The position numbers were made by a program, and so were the translations under genes. Of a stretch of DNA of 64,000 nt, positions 63,612 to 64,000 are shown piece after piece. Below the pieces are notes generated by a model that did no database searches, was not told the origin of the DNA, and was given only the letters and a program-made list of their open reading frames with translations. Origin of the DNA: Moniliella sp. 'wahieum' (taxonomy: Eukaryota); the NCBI GenBank assembly GCA_003971905.1, contig RSEE01000001.1, positions 62,001 to 126,000 of the forward strand, written 5' to 3'. Position 1 is the first letter of the stretch. The number at the start of each line of letters is the position of its first letter.

Positions 63612-64000
63612 ATGAGTGAGCAGCAGGTTGTTCTGATTACCGGCGCATCCCGCGGGATGGGCCTGCAGGTGGCCAATTCCTCCTCCACGGCACCACAGTA
63701 TCCCCCCCTCCGTGTCGTCTCCCTCTCCCGCCCGCCCCCCCGCGCTGAACGAGCTGCAAGCGCAGTTCCCCCACAATCTCCTTCTTGTCCAGGGCGACGT
63801 TACCAACCTGGACGACAACCAAGCTGCCGTCAAGGCTGCCCTTGACGCGTGGGGTCGGCGATGCTGTTGTGCTCAACGGTGGCCTGATCCACTTTGGTTC
63901 GCTGCCACGATGGATCCAGCCATGTTTGCCAATGCTGCTTAGGTCAACTTGGTCAGCTTGCAACTCACCCTTCACGCAGCTCTACCGGCCCTGCGCAAAT
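63612..64000 (+). CDS. Short-chain dehydrogenase/reductase (partial, runs off window)
   Basis: VVLITGASRGMG, VQGDVT, VNLVS motifs. Confidence 0.85.

Noticed and set aside
1561..64000. Frameshifts in nearly every gene, read as pseudogenes or programmed frameshifting
   Set aside because: They affect essential genes (SEC13, RRP14) and all others alike, fall mostly at short G/C runs, and conserved motifs resume immediately. This is typical of uncorrected long-read indel errors. Short-read polishing would settle it.

Overview
GC-rich eukaryotic DNA, most likely from a basidiomycete fungus (short GT-AG introns with CTRAC branch points; protein style suggests Ustilaginomycotina, which is an inference). 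About 19 protein genes are recognisable: Zn2Cys6 TF, TRM82, RRP14/SURF6, MRP51, an EH-like protein, GIT1-type MFS permease, dynactin p150, SEC13, an MCT1/FabD-like protein, a CTR copper transporter, TOM70, an F-box/LRR protein, a PST2/WrbA flavodoxin, an EI24/Lds-type membrane protein, a PH-ArfGAP, a class I HDAC, a tandem WRKY/FAR1-like Zn-finger protein, RAD50 and a partial SDR. Nearly every gene, including essential ones, has frameshifts at short homopolymers. These are best read as assembly indel errors, so gene ends are approximate. Main points of interest: (1) intergenic DNA repeatedly carries 7-bp-period arrays built as a 6-bp palindrome plus one base, with different sequences but the same architecture, and two AT-rich islands 47 kb apart share an exact 19-mer; (2) the FabD/MCT1 homologue has lost both the catalytic Ser and the malonyl-binding Arg; (3) an orphan protein carries two MULE/FAR1-type Zn fingers; (4) the PH-ArfGAP has both domains split by long insertions. 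No rRNA, tRNA, CRISPR or intact transposon was seen.
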